A DNA stretch of 64,000 nt. Origin: Candidatus Latescibacterota bacterium (GTDB lineage Bacteria > Latescibacterota > UBA2968 > UBA8231). A program made the position numbers and the translations under genes. The notes under the pieces were generated by a model. It was not told the DNA's origin. It did not search any database and saw nothing but the letters and a program-made list of their open reading frames with translations. Shown here in pieces: positions 1-12,280 of the stretch (the first letter of the stretch is position 1; the number at the start of each line of letters is the position of its first letter). The stretch lies in contig CBDCXV010000010.1 of assembly GCA_965223905.1 (NCBI GenBank), positions 1,952,001 through 2,016,000 of the forward strand. The letters run 5' to 3'.

Positions 1-164
1 TGGTGAGCTACGTTGGATCCACCTACGATACGAATCTGGTCTTGAGGCCCCCTGAGGCAGGGCGTGACGGGATGACGCTCAAGGAGCTTTCTCGGGCAGA
101 GAGATCGGTCTCGAAGTGGTGGGACGCAACGGAGCCTGCAGATCCCTATTCATATGACGGGTGA
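1..164 (+). CDS. 3' end of an upstream hypothetical protein (partial)
   Basis: Frame from position 3 is open (VSYVGSTYDTNLVLRPP...DPYSYDG) up to TGA at 162-164. Confidence 0.5.
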   Translation, partial: VSYVGSTYDTNLVLRPPEAGRDGMTLKELSRAERSVSKWWDATEPADPYSYDG

Positions 165-2391
165 AGAGCTGTGGCGCGTCTACACCCTGGAATGGTAGCC
201 GGGAGAGTCCGATGTCCTCGATGACAGAGCTGTTTCTGGATGACGAGATGATCGAGATGGCCGCGGGGGTCGTGCGCAGGATCCATCAACCCGCCAAGCA
301 CCGCATGAATCCCGTGGTGCGGGCCGAGGAGTGGTGGGAGGGTAATCAGCTTGTGCCCTACTGTACGATGTACGACGAGGAGGAGAAGCTTTTCAAGATG
401 TGGTGCCGATGTGGGTCGGACTCCCCCGAGAAGCACGTGGACGGGCACGCCGCCTGTTCCACCTATCTCACATCGAAGGACGGGGTCCACTGGGAGAGGC
501 CCATCCTGGGTGTGATGGATTTCGGGGGCCGGAGGGACCACAACGTGATCTTCACCGGAGATGAGACCACGAAGTTGAGACCCCAGGGGAGGAAGGGGGT
601 CATCATCTCGGTGGTGCGGAATCCGCACGCGAAGGACGAGGATGAGAAGTACGTCGGCATGGCCTTCCGGTTGAGGAAACGGGGTGCTTACCTGGGGTAT
701 TCCGTGGACGGGATCCGCTGGCGGTTCGACGAGGAGCCCTTCTGGCAATCGCGGCTCGACCCGGCTTCGTGGGGCGATGACAATGTCAAGCAGCTTATTT
801 ACGCCCTTGTTATTCATGCAACCCGCGCATAAGGGGCATAGGCGCTTCCGAGACCCCTTCGCCTAGCCTCAGAGGCATGCCTAGCAACTATAGTTGCCTT
901 TTTGGGTAGAGGCGTCCCCTTATCTCTACCGACCTTGGTGAAATGGTACGCGCCTTCTCCACGACGCTTGCCTTCCGAGCCGATCCCCCGACCGACCCGG
1001 CCTGCGCCTACGCCATCGCCCCGTCCGCCGGTTTGAGCGTGGCCAGAAATCTCCACAGACGATACCAGGCAGCGGCCATCCCTTGGGTCAGGATGACGCC
1101 CACCCTGCGCCCGTGCAAGGTAACGCGGCAGGGCCGGCGCAGGTAGCGCCGGCGAAAGCTGTCCAGGCTCAGGGCCGTCGTCGTGCGTCCGTACTTGCGG
1201 GGCCGCCCGCGCCGGGCCTCGGCGCGCTCGGCGGCCTGGCGGCCGAGGTGAAGCAGGTTGCAGGCCAGCAGGTTCAAGGTCAGGATCGCCTGGTTGGCGG
1301 CGAAGGCGTCCCGGGACGGGGTGCGCTGACGCGGCTCTCGACCCCGGTAGTGTCGCTTGCGGCGGGTGGTCGAGGAGAGCTGCGGCTGGAGGGTGGAGCT
1401 CAACTCGCCGAGCATGCGCTCGAAGAGGCCGCGTTGACGATAAAAAGCGACCAGCTCCCGGCCGCTCATCCTCTTCGTGCTCAGGTCGGTGATCAGGAAG
1501 AAGTGGCGGGCGATGGGCAGCTCCTCCGTCTGGGAGGGGACCAGGACCAACACCACCCGCCGGGGCTGCGGCCAGGAGCGGGCCTGATAGACCAGCTCGC
1601 GACAGCCAAAGCCCTCTTCCCGCAGCCGCTCCGGGTGCCGGGCCAGTTCCTGCTGATAGCCTTCCACCCAGGAACGAGCCAGCTCCTCCAGGCGCGTATT
1701 CTTCTTGATGCGCGCCACGTACGAGGTGTCGGCCCGGTCTTCCAGCTCCCTCAGGAAAGACCCGCTCACCGAGGCCGCGTCGAAACGCAGGATGAGGCGC
1801 CGGGCCAGGTGCGACTGAATCCAGTCCAGGCGCTTGCCGAGAGCCTCTGAGGCGCCCTCGTGGGCGTGCACGTTGCCCGGCCGCAGCACGGCACCGAAGA
1901 AATCGCCCGTCTGCGCCGAGCCCAGCATCAGGGGATGGTACCCCGAGGCGTGGAAGTAGCCGTTGTATTCGACCCCCGCCTGGTGCCCGTGCACCGGCAT
2001 CGGCAGGGCATCCAGGTCGACGGCCAACTCCTCGTATTTCATCCGTCGTTCGAGCAGCTGGCACCGGGACCGGGCGCTGCGCAGCACCGCTTCCTCCAAC
2101 ACCTCGCGGTTATCAGGCCGTTGAAAAACCGGGATGTTCCGGAAATCGGAAGGATTCAGAATGTAGGGTTATGTTTCCCGGTTAATTGGACAATTGGAGC
2201 ATCATTCTCATATAGAGAAGACGAGCTCGAAAAGGTAACGAAAGAAGCTTCAAACAGCGGCGTATTCGGCTGAAGAACTCAAAAACGCTTTTAAAACGAT
2301 CAGAACCGGCCCTGAAAACCGATGCCAGCCCATGAAACCCCCTCGGGGTTCCCCTTCCGATGAGCTTGCGCAGCACCAGCCCGAGATTAAA

Positions 2392-3777
2392 CTGGACTTT
2401 TGCAAACTCCACTTTTACTAAAGTTTGAGATGTGCGACAATTCTCTGCTCTGTCCACCCTATTGTGGCTTGGTCCACTACCCAGGAGATAGTCATACTGA
2501 GCGTTTCTCGCGACACCGCTCGACAGGCTTCGCCGATGGTCGTCAGCACGCTATGAGCCCAGTCACGCGCACGGCCCTGCCGCATCCGTGCCATGAGCAG
2601 ACTGTGCGTCAGCATCACGAGGTACATATGCCGGGTTTGGCCCTCGCCGCTGCGTAACTGACAGTCTCCCATGCCCAGATGGTGCTTGCCGTCCCGATGA
2701 AAGGTCTCGGTGCCCGTCCAGCGTTTGCGATACACGTTCAGTATACGACTGACCTCCCAATGCACGCGGTTGGTGAGCAGAAACTTGACCGCTCCCCTGC
2801 CGTTCTTGCGATCCCACAGGATCACCAGACGAACGCGGTGACCGAGCTTGGGCAGGCGCACGGTCCGGGTGAAATACCATTGCTTGCGGTCGCCGATGCC
2901 GACGCGTTTGCGGTCTTCGGATGGAATGGTCGCGGCCACTTCGGCGGCCTTCATCTGACGGCCCTGAAACTCGACCTTGCGGTTGCTCTTCAGGGCGCTT
3001 ACGTAGCCAAAGCTCATGAGTATGGATGTGATCGAGACTCTCGACACTGCTGAAGTAGCAGTCAAAGGCGAAATCGCCCGGGATCTGTCGGAAAACAACC
3101 CAGTCCACCAGCTCTTTGAACAGCTCGGTATGGCTCTTGAAGGACGTGTCCGTGTCGTCCTCCTGGCGCTTGCGAAAGCGCCGGAATTCCAACGGATAGT
3201 ATTTCCCCGACGGTGCACACGTAGTTGGCGATGACGTAGTCGTGCGCAATCATATGGCGCTTGTCGGAGTGATCCCAGAACCACCCCACGTCCTCGATCT
3301 TGTCTCCGCTGTGGCCGACCAGGGTGTTGTCGATGGCGATCACCCCGCGCGCCGAATAGCGCGTCGAGGGGGAGTCCTGCAACCAGTCCAAGCGATGTTC
3401 GTTGAGCAGCTTTTCATCCCAGGACACCTGCGTAATCCAGCGATTCAGGCAGGATTGATCCGTGGTGTCGGCAAACTCGGCGTTGATCGCCGATACGTTT
3501 TTGCGCTCCGTCACCACAAGCCCGGTCAGGTATTCGCCGAAATGCCGGCGCTCCGGGGCATTGGCAAACAGCCCGCCAAACTCCTCCAGCGCCTCCTCGA
3601 CCACGGTGGGAAAAGCAATAATGCCTGGCATCGACGACCTCTCTCATCGCATCGCCAGGGGAGACCAAGGCGGGGGATGCCTTCGTTCTACCAAAAATAC
3701 CAAAAAAACCGGCCAGCTTGGGGATGCCTGAATTCTTGACCGGTCATCCTGGAATTGGGCTTTTTGCAAAAGTCCAG
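2392..3777 (-). mobile_element. IS701-family insertion sequence (innermost element)
   Basis: 15-bp TIRs CTGGACTTTTGCAAA (2392-2406) and TTTGCAAAAGTCCAG (3763-3777); 6-bp TSD ATTAAA (2386-2391, 3778-3783). Confidence 0.85.
2418..3631 (-). CDS. IS701-family DDE transposase, spread over three frames in this sequence
   Basis: YLTGL..ERKN, QSCLNRWIT..SWD, IAIDNT, FDCYF, Y.KRW..ETFHRDGKHHLG.GDCQLR across ORFs 3062-3631, 2563-3249 and 2418-3284. Confidence 0.75.
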
Positions 3778-6772
3778 ATTAAAGGCGCCGCCATGAATAC
3801 ACAGGCGCTTGTAGATGTTGCTGTGGCCGCGCAAGTGAGTACGTCGCATACCCCCGGTTTCATAGGTATGAGCAAAACTGCGTTCCGCATACTCGGCGCG
3901 CCGCCGCTGCAGCCTCTTGCCTCGCTCTCCTCGTATGCGCCGGCGATTGGCATACACCGCCACTTTGGCCGCCGCATCCTTTTTCCAGTTTCGACGGCCG
4001 CGATCCGGTTCCGAAACGTAGCTGCGGATCTGGGCATCCTTCAACGTCTTCATCGTCTGATTGCTGTGATATCCCTTATCCGCCACCACTTCGCCGAGCG
4101 CCGTCTTCTCATCGACCTGGCCGACCTCTTGCAGAGTGCGATCGGCCTGGGCCAGACTCCCGGTCAGCGACTCGGGGTCCCCTGCATCGGCGCCCCCCAC
4201 CTGGATGGCCACCAGCGCCTGGGTGTCCACATCGACCGTATGTTCGGCCTTGTGAGCCAAGTGGGTGCGTCCGTCTTTCATCTTGGTAATGCGGGCATCC
4301 GCATCATGGGGATGCTCCCAGTCCTTGTTGGACGCCTTGTTCGCCCGCTTCTTGTCGAGCCGGGCCAGGTCCTGCTTCGTCGGGGTTTGGATCCCTTCGG
4401 CCTGGGCCAGCCCTTGCAGGTATTCGGAGTAGGTTTTGCCCGTGTCCCGGCGCACGATGCTGCGCATGGCGGCGTTGGCTTCCAGCGTGGTGGCGTCCAC
4501 CGCCACCGTCTTGCCCTTGAGCAGGTCGTGGTCGGCCAACACCTTCAACACCCAGTCGAAGACCGCTTGGTGCACCTCCACCGGCAGGCGCCCGCGAATG
4601 CGCGACAGACTCGAGTGCTCCGGGGGGGGATTCGCTCAAGCGGTAGCCCAGAAAGCGGCGCAGGGCCAGCGAATCGGCGACGCGCCAGGCGATGCCCCGC
4701 TCCGAACCCAAACCCTCGAAATAGCCGATCATGAGCATGCGAAAATAGACTCCGGGGGGGATACTGGGACGCCCCAGCGTCTCGGCGTAATACGGGGCGC
4801 AGAGCGCTTCTACGAAGGAATCGAATTCATGCTCGGCCAGCAGCTGGTTGAGTCGAGTGTAAAACGGATGACCCGGCACCTCGGACAGGGTGCTGCTCGG
4901 CACCCACATTTCTTGCTGCTGACTTTCTTGACGCTTGCTCATCGACATCACCGACCTCCTCCGGACAGCGGCCTTTTTCTTTGGTGTTTTCTAAATCTAG
5001 AAATGGCTGGTTCGACAAGCAATCCCGGTGTGTGTTTTTTAGAAAATCAGACTTTTTCAACGGCCTGTTATAGGCAGTAGAGGCTTGCTCGAGCAGGCGC
5101 GACAGTGTCGGCTGACTGGCCAGTCCCTGCGGCCGGTTTCCGTCCGGGGTGCGCAACGGCGCCTGCCCTTTGCGATCGCTGACCGCCAGGCGCAGGACCG
5201 GATCTTCGCGCAGCGCGTCGGCGTCGTCGGCGTGGGTCCAGCCCTGCGCCAGCAGCACGATCTGCGTGCGCAGCAGCTCCGGCAGCGGATGCGTGATCTG
5301 GTCTTGGGTACGGAGGTCCTCGAAGTGGGCGTCCACCCAATTCAGGACCTGGCTGTGATCGAGCAGTTGCCGCAGCACCAGCGCACCGGGGTCGCTGCTG
5401 AGGTGAGTGGGACGGGCTTCGATGTGGATGGAGCGGTTGAAAGACGGCTGGATCGGCCCGCCTTGCTCGGACTGGGAGTGTGACGGTAATTCACCCATCG
5501 GGTGTCCTCCTGTGTGCTTGGGTCAAAGGGCGATGCTGACGTGTGTTTCCCTCTGAAACCTAGGCATGGGAGGCACCCCAGTACAGCCCTCTCCACTAAA
5601 ATTCCATGAATAACAAGGGTTACGACAAGCTGAAGAAGAAATGGGTGATGTATCGCCGGGTGATTCCCCAGGAGAGCGAACGGATGGTGGCTCAGCCCGG
5701 GGACGAGGACTGGCCGCCCGTGGACCGATACTTCCGCGTCTGGGGCTACGCGGACAGCGAGGATCTTCAGGAGTGGGGCAACTACCAGATCGTCTTGAGC
5801 ATGGACGGGGACGATCCGGCGGACACGGAGGCCTACAACCTGACCTGCTACAACTACGAACAGGTCTACGTGGGATACCTGAACGTATTCCACATGGCGC
5901 CTGGCACCGGCAATATCGATGTTCAGCTCGTGACTAGTCGCGACGGAACCAACTTCACGCGGGTGTGTCGGCGGGAGGTGTTCATTCCGTCCGGTTCGGA
6001 TGGCTACTTCGACTACATGGTATCCACGGGCTTCCAACCGGAGCCCCTGATTGTGGACGATACGGTTTACCTCTATTACGAGGCGGTGAACTTCCCGCAC
6101 GACGTACGTCAACGGCCCCCTCACTCAGGGACTTCTGTTGGACTGGTGACTTTCAAACGAGACCGGTTCGTGAGCATGCAGACCGGGCCTCCGGGTCCCC
6201 ATCGGCTGGTGACCAAGCCCTTCGTGCTGCCGTATCCGAAGCTGTCCCTAAATGCCGCGACCTGGGGCACCGGGTCGATTCGCGTGGAGGCGCTCACGCG
6301 GGACTGGGAGCCTATCGACGGCTTCACAGAGGGAGACTGTGATCCTGTCCAGGGGGACGCACTCGCCCATCCGGTCCGCTGGAAAGACAACTCCGATCTT
6401 CAGAAACTCGTGGGCAGGGAGATCCGCCTGAAGTTCTACATGGCTGACGCGCGGATCCACGCGATGGCCCTGGACGAAGACGAGCGTGAGCCTAAACCCG
6501 TGTCCGACCCATGCGGGTTCGAGGTATCCGAGGACTACGCCCCGAAGGGAATCTGACGGGGGATTTGGCAATCACCGTGGATATCGTGACGGCCTCGTGG
6601 AGAGCATAACGGCCGTTTTGATTCCTATCCGTTCATAGAGCTGCCGGCAGTGATCCCCGTTACTGGTCACCACTTTCTGCCGACCGTCAACATTTGACAA
6701 TATCTCCTACTCTCGTCACGATGATTTTAATGAAATATCCGGGTAAGATGTTGAACACAGAGGATACCGACG

Positions 6773-7816
6773 ATGCGAACAGATGATCTTACAGTAGTCG
6801 AGACCCGCGGCAACCTTGTCGAACGCGCCCGGCAACTCGGCGAAGCGGTGCGCGAGAACCATCGGACGACCGCGGGACTGTTCGAACCGCACCGGCCATT
6901 GCTGACGACCAACCAGGGCCGGACAGTGCTCGAGAACGTCACGCGACGATACCTGTCCGACTGCGCCGACATGCTGCCCTATCTCGACGCCTTCGCCGAC
7001 GGCCTCGGCACCACGCGGGAAGAACTGCTGGAGCTGAACGTGCTGGTCAGCCTGGCCAAATCGAAGCGTGATGAGTGCTCCGGCGTGATCCTCGCCCGCG
7101 AGGGCCGGATCGTCGTCGGGCAGAACTGGGATACCGGCGAGTCGGCGGTCCCGATGGCGCTGCTCGAGATCGGTCGCGACCCCGACGGCGTCGATACCGC
7201 GAGGTTCGCGTCCTGCCTGACCCTGGACTTCTGGTCGGGCGTTAATCCCTTTGGCCTGGCCATGGGAGGCTGTTCCGGGGGCGGCGACCCGATCGGCAGC
7301 GGCCAGGGAATCCCCGTCACCCTCTGGCGGGGGCCGTTGTTCTATCGCAGCCGGTCCGTCGCTGAAGTCAAAGACAGGGTCGAATCGGTCCCCATGCCCG
7401 GCAAGGGCGCCAATTGCGTCTTCGTCGACCGCGAGGAGCACATGCTCTGGGTTCAGCAGGGCGGCAGCCGGTACGGCACGGTCGCCCCGGAAAGGCCCTT
7501 CTGCGCCGCGACGGGCTATCGACCCGCCATCAATGAACCCTCCACGCCTCAGGAACAGGCCGAATTCCATCGCTGGCAACGATTCATGACCCTCTGCGAC
7601 AAAGCGACAACCGCTATGGGCGACTTGGTCGAAGATATGAAAACCATCCTCGCCGATCATCACACCGTCGATGATCGTCCCAACAGCGCCCCCTGCCGGC
7701 ACGACGGACCTCGTAATTCCACGCAGTTCTCGATCATCACCGACCTGACGAGCCGCGAGATCCATTACTGCGGACGGCCATGTGAAAACCCTTGGCGGCG
7801 GATCGACCTGGCCTGA
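6773..7816 (+). CDS. Peptidase C45 / acyl-CoA:6-APA acyltransferase-like Ntn hydrolase
   Basis: Autoprocessing-site pattern DE-CSG followed by GQNWD and GVNPFGL; RBS-like AGAGGA upstream. Confidence 0.75.
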   Translation: MRTDDLTVVETRGNLVERARQLGEAVRENHRTTAGLFEPHRPLLTTNQGRTVLENVTRRYLSDCADMLPYLDAFADGLGTTREELLELNVLVSLAKSKRDECSGVILAREGRIVVGQNWDTGESAVPMALLEIGRDPDGVDTARFASCLTLDFWSGVNPFGLAMGGCSGGGDPIGSGQGIPVTLWRGPLFYRSRSVAEVKDRVESVPMPGKGANCVFVDREEHMLWVQQGGSRYGTVAPERPFCAATGYRPAINEPSTPQEQAEFHRWQRFMTLCDKATTAMGDLVEDMKTILADHHTVDDRPNSAPCRHDGPRNSTQFSIITDLTSREIHYCGRPCENPWRRIDLA

Positions 7817-7819
7817 CCG

Positions 7820-8003
7820 TCAGTCGACCACCGAGGCGATCATCGTCACGATCAGACCGATCAGTGCGACCAGCAGAATGATCCGCGCGATCCGACGCAC
7901 CAGTTCCGAACCGGCTGCGGGACGGTACACCGCATTGTCCGCCCCTTCGATGGGCTCCCCGCACGACGGACACGTCTCAGACGGAAATGGGTGGACTTGG
8001 CGA
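7820..8003 (-). pseudogene. 5'-truncated small zinc-ribbon + transmembrane protein remnant
   Basis: Frame reads ...SETCPSCGEPIEG...RRIARIILLVALIGLIVTMIASVVD*; an in-frame stop lies upstream before any ATG. Confidence 0.4.
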
Positions 8004-8130
8004 TCGAGTTGTGTAAGCTTAAGCAGAACGCTGGCTCAGACACGTAAGAACTCGGTACTCTCAAGAAACGAAGCGGCACCTGAGATTCCGTAACGTTCCA
8101 CAATTCATGCGAGTGAGGGGAGGCCCTAAC

Positions 8131-9948
8131 ATGTACATCTCAAGGCGATACGTGAATCCGACGTGGGTCGCGATCTTGGCTGTTTTGTCGCTGCCGCTGT
8201 GCGCAGCGGGAGCGGAAGCGGGCAAGCCCAGTTCCGTTGGACCAGCCATGAAGGGCCGATCCTACTTGCTCTGGCAAAAGGACATCTGGGGCCCAGTTTC
8301 CCCTGACGAACGAATTGCCTTGGATGTGCATGAATTGACCGACGTCAACGTGTTCTCTGCGCAGAACACCCGTGCTGCCACGGGATTTCTGGTGAGTAAC
8401 CTCAGCGCCAAACCACTGATGGGGCGCCTCAAGCTGTTGAAGGCGAGCGAGGATGATCCACTTGCGGAAGGGGTCACGCTTCTTGAAGCTGACCGTATTC
8501 AGTTCCGGCGAGGGATGTACATTGAGTTGCCCAGCGGCGTGATGACCCCTGATGCGTTACCGGCGTTGCTGCCCTACCATCTCGTGGAGGTGCCTGCGAG
8601 GACGACGGTTCTGCTCTGGACCGAGATCGACACGCGTGACTTGTCCGCAGGCAGATACACTCGGAAGGTCGAGTTCTTCCCCTCCTATTCGGACTTTCCA
8701 AAGACGTCCTTCGATCTGAACCTCGAGGTCGCGCCCGTTGACCTGTCTGCCCCGAGGGTCAAGCAGTTCACCTATTCCACCCCGAACGCGCAGGTCCGTC
8801 GGCCCGTGTCGGAAGATCTGGTTCGGCATGGCATAACGATGGTTCACGCAATGCCGAGTCTACGCCTCCCGGGCCGCGGCATCCATGGTTGGCCCAAACT
8901 GGACGCGGATGGAAACATCGTGTCTGTGGACCAGTCGCACTCGCTCCTCGATTCGCAGATTGCCAACATGGGAGCCGCAGGGCTTCCGAAGGAACGAATG
9001 GACATCATTATTGCTCTTGACTTCAACCACGGATACAAGCGTGATCTTCCCTTATCTAATTTGTACGGTGACAAGGAGGGCCACCTTGTCTACGGGACTG
9101 AGGCATGGAAGAGAGGATTCGCCAATTCTCTCAAGTCCTTCCGCGACCACCTCTTTAAAAAGGGGTTCACCTACGATCAAATCGTCTTCTATATATCTGA
9201 CGAACCGCATGGAGACCCCGCCGATCCCGAAAGCACGACCGCCTGGGCGATCAAGGGATCCCGCTATGTCAAGGAAGTGGATCCCAGGTTTCGCACCATG
9301 GCGAACCCGGGGCTTTCCGACGGGAAGGAGAAATACCTCGATGCGTACTTGAAGGAATTTGACGTCCTCGAACCCTACCGGCCCGACTTGCAAAAAGATC
9401 CCGCACTCATTGAGCGACTGCAGGAGAGCGGCCTCGAAATCTGGACCTACATTATCTTGGTCAAGCAGAATGGCCCAAGTGCCTATCGGAACCAGTCATG
9501 GCTGTCGGCACGCGACGGGTTCACGGGTGTTTGTGCATTTTGGGCCTATGACAGAAGCGCTGGGGACCCCTTCTACTCGTACGATCACCATCCGGGCAGT
9601 CCACGTATGATCGCAGACTACGCCGTCGTCTATGCGAACTTTGTGTGGGAAGGACATGCAGCCACCCCGACCACGATCATCCCGAGCCGTCGCTGGGAGG
9701 CCTCGTATCAAGGCAACCAGGACTATCGCGCGGTCGTCATTTGCCGCGAACTCATCGGGAAGTTGAAGGCTGCGGGCCGGGACGCATCTATGTTTCAGGC
9801 GGTTGTGGAAGAGGCGATTGCAGCCGCCGTGAACCAGTCGGGTGCCGCCATGGACGCTTCTCGGGAGAGACTGATTCGCGCCGCCGTAGAGATGCAGAAA
9901 TCTCTTGACGGGCGCCCAACCAACTCGGCAACCGAGGATCGCCAATGA
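8131..9948 (+). CDS. Secreted glycoside-hydrolase-like protein (DUF4091/GH123-like architecture)
   Basis: Signal peptide; EVPARTTVLLWTEIDT beta domain; ISDEP motif; C-terminal PSRRWEA..QG.QDY similar to the 44775 and 60563 proteins. Confidence 0.6.
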   Translation: MYISRRYVNPTWVAILAVLSLPLCAAGAEAGKPSSVGPAMKGRSYLLWQKDIWGPVSPDERIALDVHELTDVNVFSAQNTRAATGFLVSNLSAKPLMGRLKLLKASEDDPLAEGVTLLEADRIQFRRGMYIELPSGVMTPDALPALLPYHLVEVPARTTVLLWTEIDTRDLSAGRYTRKVEFFPSYSDFPKTSFDLNLEVAPVDLSAPRVKQFTYSTPNAQVRRPVSEDLVRHGITMVHAMPSLRLPGRGIHGWPKLDADGNIVSVDQSHSLLDSQIANMGAAGLPKERMDIIIALDFNHGYKRDLPLSNLYGDKEGHLVYGTEAWKRGFANSLKSFRDHLFKKGFTYDQIVFYISDEPHGDPADPESTTAWAIKGSRYVKEVDPRFRTMANPGLSDGKEKYLDAYLKEFDVLEPYRPDLQKDPALIERLQESGLEIWTYIILVKQNGPSAYRNQSWLSARDGFTGVCAFWAYDRSAGDPFYSYDHHPGSPRMIADYAVVYANFVWEGHAATPTTIIPSRRWEASYQGNQDYRAVVICRELIGKLKAAGRDASMFQAVVEEAIAAAVNQSGAAMDASRERLIRAAVEMQKSLDGRPTNSATEDRQ

Positions 9949-9995
9949 GGGGAAACGCCGAAATTCCGCATCTTGACCGGCTGAAAGACCTGTCC

Positions 9996-12187
9996 ATGAA
10001 CGCAGATAACCTCTACGGATTCGATACGTTTGACTTTCCAACTTCTTCAGCGTACGGGCGAAACTGACGTGGCCCAGCATTGTGGAGGAGACCAGAGATG
10101 ATTGGTCCTGGCGTACGCCGAGTCGCCTTCCTGGAGGATTACCGAAATCGGGACGCGGAACTCAAGAATTTCCTTCCGGAGATTATTGGCGAAGGGGTAT
10201 CATGCTGTGGTTCTCAGGGTCGAGGTGGGCAACGAACACACGTTCACCGAACTGGCGCAAGAAGCTGCGCGGTTGGGCCTCGAGGTCATCGGTTTCACGC
10301 AATATATGAAGGCTCAGACCAGACATCTGATTGACCACCCCGACCAGCGCATGATCATGAACACGGATGCGGTCGCTAATATGGGCTGTCCGTTCAACCC
10401 GGACTTTCTGAAACGCTATCTTGATTTCCTGGAGCGAATTGCAGGCGTCCCGAACCTTACCGAAGTGCTGCTCAACGATGAATCCTCCCTCGGTAAGATG
10501 GCTGACCGCCTGGGCTGTTACTGTCATGTTTGCCAGGAGGCGTGGAGAGAAGAATTCGGCGGAGAGTTGCCGCGACCTCCCTTCACGGCTCGCGAAGAGA
10601 AGCGGCGATTTGTTCGGTGGCGATTCCGGCGGTGGAATCACGTTCACGGGCTCATGAAGGATGCGCTCAACAAAGACCATCCCGTCCGGGCGGTGTTTCA
10701 AGCTTCGCCGAACGAATGTCTGCTTGGCAAGAATCCATGGGTGACGGCGGTTGACCTCTCCAGCATGGTTGAGGCCATTGACGGGATCACGACCGACCCG
10801 TCACTACACCTTCCATATTGCGGGCGCCGCCGGCCCCTTTGTCCCGAGAGAGGTCTATCTGAGCGAGCACTGTCGGTTTCTGAGCGGCCTGGTGTCAGGC
10901 GACAAGACAGCGGAACTCTGCCCGCAGGCCTTTTCCCATCCGACCTTCACTCGGCCGCTGGATGAACGCGACGGGTGGTGGGCCGGTGTCATTCCGGCAG
11001 CCTTGGGGATCGATGCCGTAGCGCCATACACGTACCTGCTCCAGAAGATCTCTCCCATGCAGAAGACGTACGAAGCGTCCTTCGCCCTCGACAAGTACTT
11101 CGCAGAGGTACGCCCGGTGGACTTCGTTGCCGTTGTCAACAGTCTTGAGACTCAGTGCTTTCACATGGATGCAGACACGGCAGCCAATGGGGACGCATTC
11201 TGGCTCCACTCGCGGATGATGCCGGTCGGTGCCGTCATGCGGCATCAATGCCTGCCGTACGTCTACTTCCCCTCCCGACGGATTCATGTCGAGACGTTAC
11301 AGCAATGGCCTGTGGTCGTTCTGCCAAACGTCACCTGCCTGAGCTTGGCGGCGCGGAACCATCTTCGTGAATACGTGCGTTCAGGTGGGGTCTTGTGGGG
11401 TCTTGTGGGCTTTCGGCGAGAACGCGACACGCGACGAGGTTGGTGAGCCGTTTGACGACGGTTTTATGCAAGAGGTGTTCGGAATCCGGGAAGTGTCTAT
11501 CGGCAACGTTGCGCTGCGCTTTGAAGCCATTGGCGAGCAGCGGCCCTTTGCCGATCTGCCGTGGCCGGACGAGATCACGTCCGGGTTTCATGATGGGACC
11601 TGTTGCCCCATGCTCTCCTTGAACCATGCCGCACGGGTGGAAACGGAAGCCGACGCGCAGACTATTGCCGCCTTCGTCGAGGGTCCGACTCCCGCACCGA
11701 CAGTCGGGCATTCCGCCATGACGATCAAGTCGTTTGGCAAGGGACATGCCGTTTACGTCGCCGGCATTCCATCCCACGAAGGGATACGAGAAGAATTCGG
11801 CGGCATGAAGGTCCTGAATTTTGCGGGGCGTGTCATTAGTGAGATCATCATGCAGCTCGCAGGCGACAAGGCTCCCCTGCGCGTTTTGCCGCGGCCGCCG
11901 GAGACGGCCATGCAGAAGATCAGGCCGCTCGACGTCTGGTGCCGGCGTCGGAGTTCCTGCCGTGCGCAGGGCCGAAGCTATACCTTGCGACTATCGCGTC
12001 GTACTTCAAGGAGCCGTTGCGATTCCAGATCGAGGCCGACCTTCACGGAAAGAAATGTCGGGAAACCCGGGAGTTGGTCTCGAACCAGCGGATGCCGAAG
12101 CCTGAGCAAGAGAACGATACTGTCCGAATAGACGTTCAGTTCTCGTTCGACGATGCTCTCAAGGTATTCGCCTTCTTTCTGGAATGA
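9996..12187 (+). pseudogene. GH42-like protein with beta-galactosidase trimerisation domain, broken into at least 4 frames
   Basis: CPFNP, LLNDE, CYCHVC, VVVLPNV.CLS...YVRSGG and FGKGHAVY motifs across ORFs 10102, 10751, 11367, 11939; a 10-bp tandem duplication (TGGGGTCTTG x2, 11386-11405) marks one break. Start uncertain. Confidence 0.65.
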
Positions 12188-12280
12188 AAGGCAAGTAAAG
12201 CATGCGAGCCGAACAGAGACCGGCCCTCCAAGAAGACTGGGGTCTGAAAAGACGTGGGGTCTGAAGAGATGCCATCGGCG

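Larger units (their letters stand above)
2182..4948 (-). pseudogene. IS1182-family transposase (DUF772 + DDE), split by IS701; +1 frameshift in the G8 run at ~4622
   Basis: GRPSIPPGVYFRMLMIGYFEG..SERGI, VDATTLEANA, ADKGY, ERSFAH motifs; rejoined HGGAFN-LGLVLRKLIG is in frame. Confidence 0.85.
2114..5067 (-). mobile_element. IS1182-family insertion sequence (middle element)
   Basis: 15-bp TIRs CAGGCCGTTGAAAAA (2114-2128) and TTTTTCAACGGCCTG (5053-5067); 4-bp TSD TTAT (2110-2113, 5068-5071). Confidence 0.9.
1008..5498 (-). pseudogene. IS1380-family transposase split by IS1182 (5498-5068 plus 2113-1008)
   Basis: SSDPGALVLR, QITHPLPELLRTQ, ASQPTLSR, VDLDALPMPVHGHQ..YNGYF..YHPL, FYRQRG..E motifs; rejoined reading EQASTAYN-REVLEEA is in frame. 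Confidence 0.85.
804..5619 (-). mobile_element. IS1380-family insertion sequence (outer element of the nested stack)
   Basis: Perfect 15-bp TIRs CCCTTGTTATTCATG (804-818) and CATGAATAACAAGGG (5605-5619); 5-bp TSD TTACG (799-803, 5620-5624). Confidence 0.9.
212..6556 (+). pseudogene. GH32/GH-J-like beta-propeller + beta-sandwich protein, interrupted by a nested IS stack (pieces 212-803 and 5620-6556)
   Basis: Removing 804-5619 and one TTACG copy restores ...DDNVKQLIY-DKLKKKWVMYRR in frame. Motifs LFLDD, SKDGVHWERP, SRDG, DRFVS...LNA...IRVE...DC are shared with four other paralogs in the window. Confidence 0.85.

Noticed and set aside
4615-4635. Programmed frameshifting or phase variation at G/C runs (also ~33630 and ~37215)
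   Set aside because: These are single-base indels in homopolymers within families that normally use one ORF; long-read consensus error or decay is more likely. Read data are needed to decide.
6686-6722. TTGACA with the small dyad GTCAA-CAT-TTGAC upstream of the C45 gene
   Set aside because: A plausible promoter, but the -10 match (CACGAT) is weak and the dyad is only 5 bp; insufficient support.
12233-12265. AAGAC(G)TGGGGTCTGAA x2 as a CRISPR or REP array
   Set aside because: Only two adjacent imperfect units, no spacers and no cas genes.
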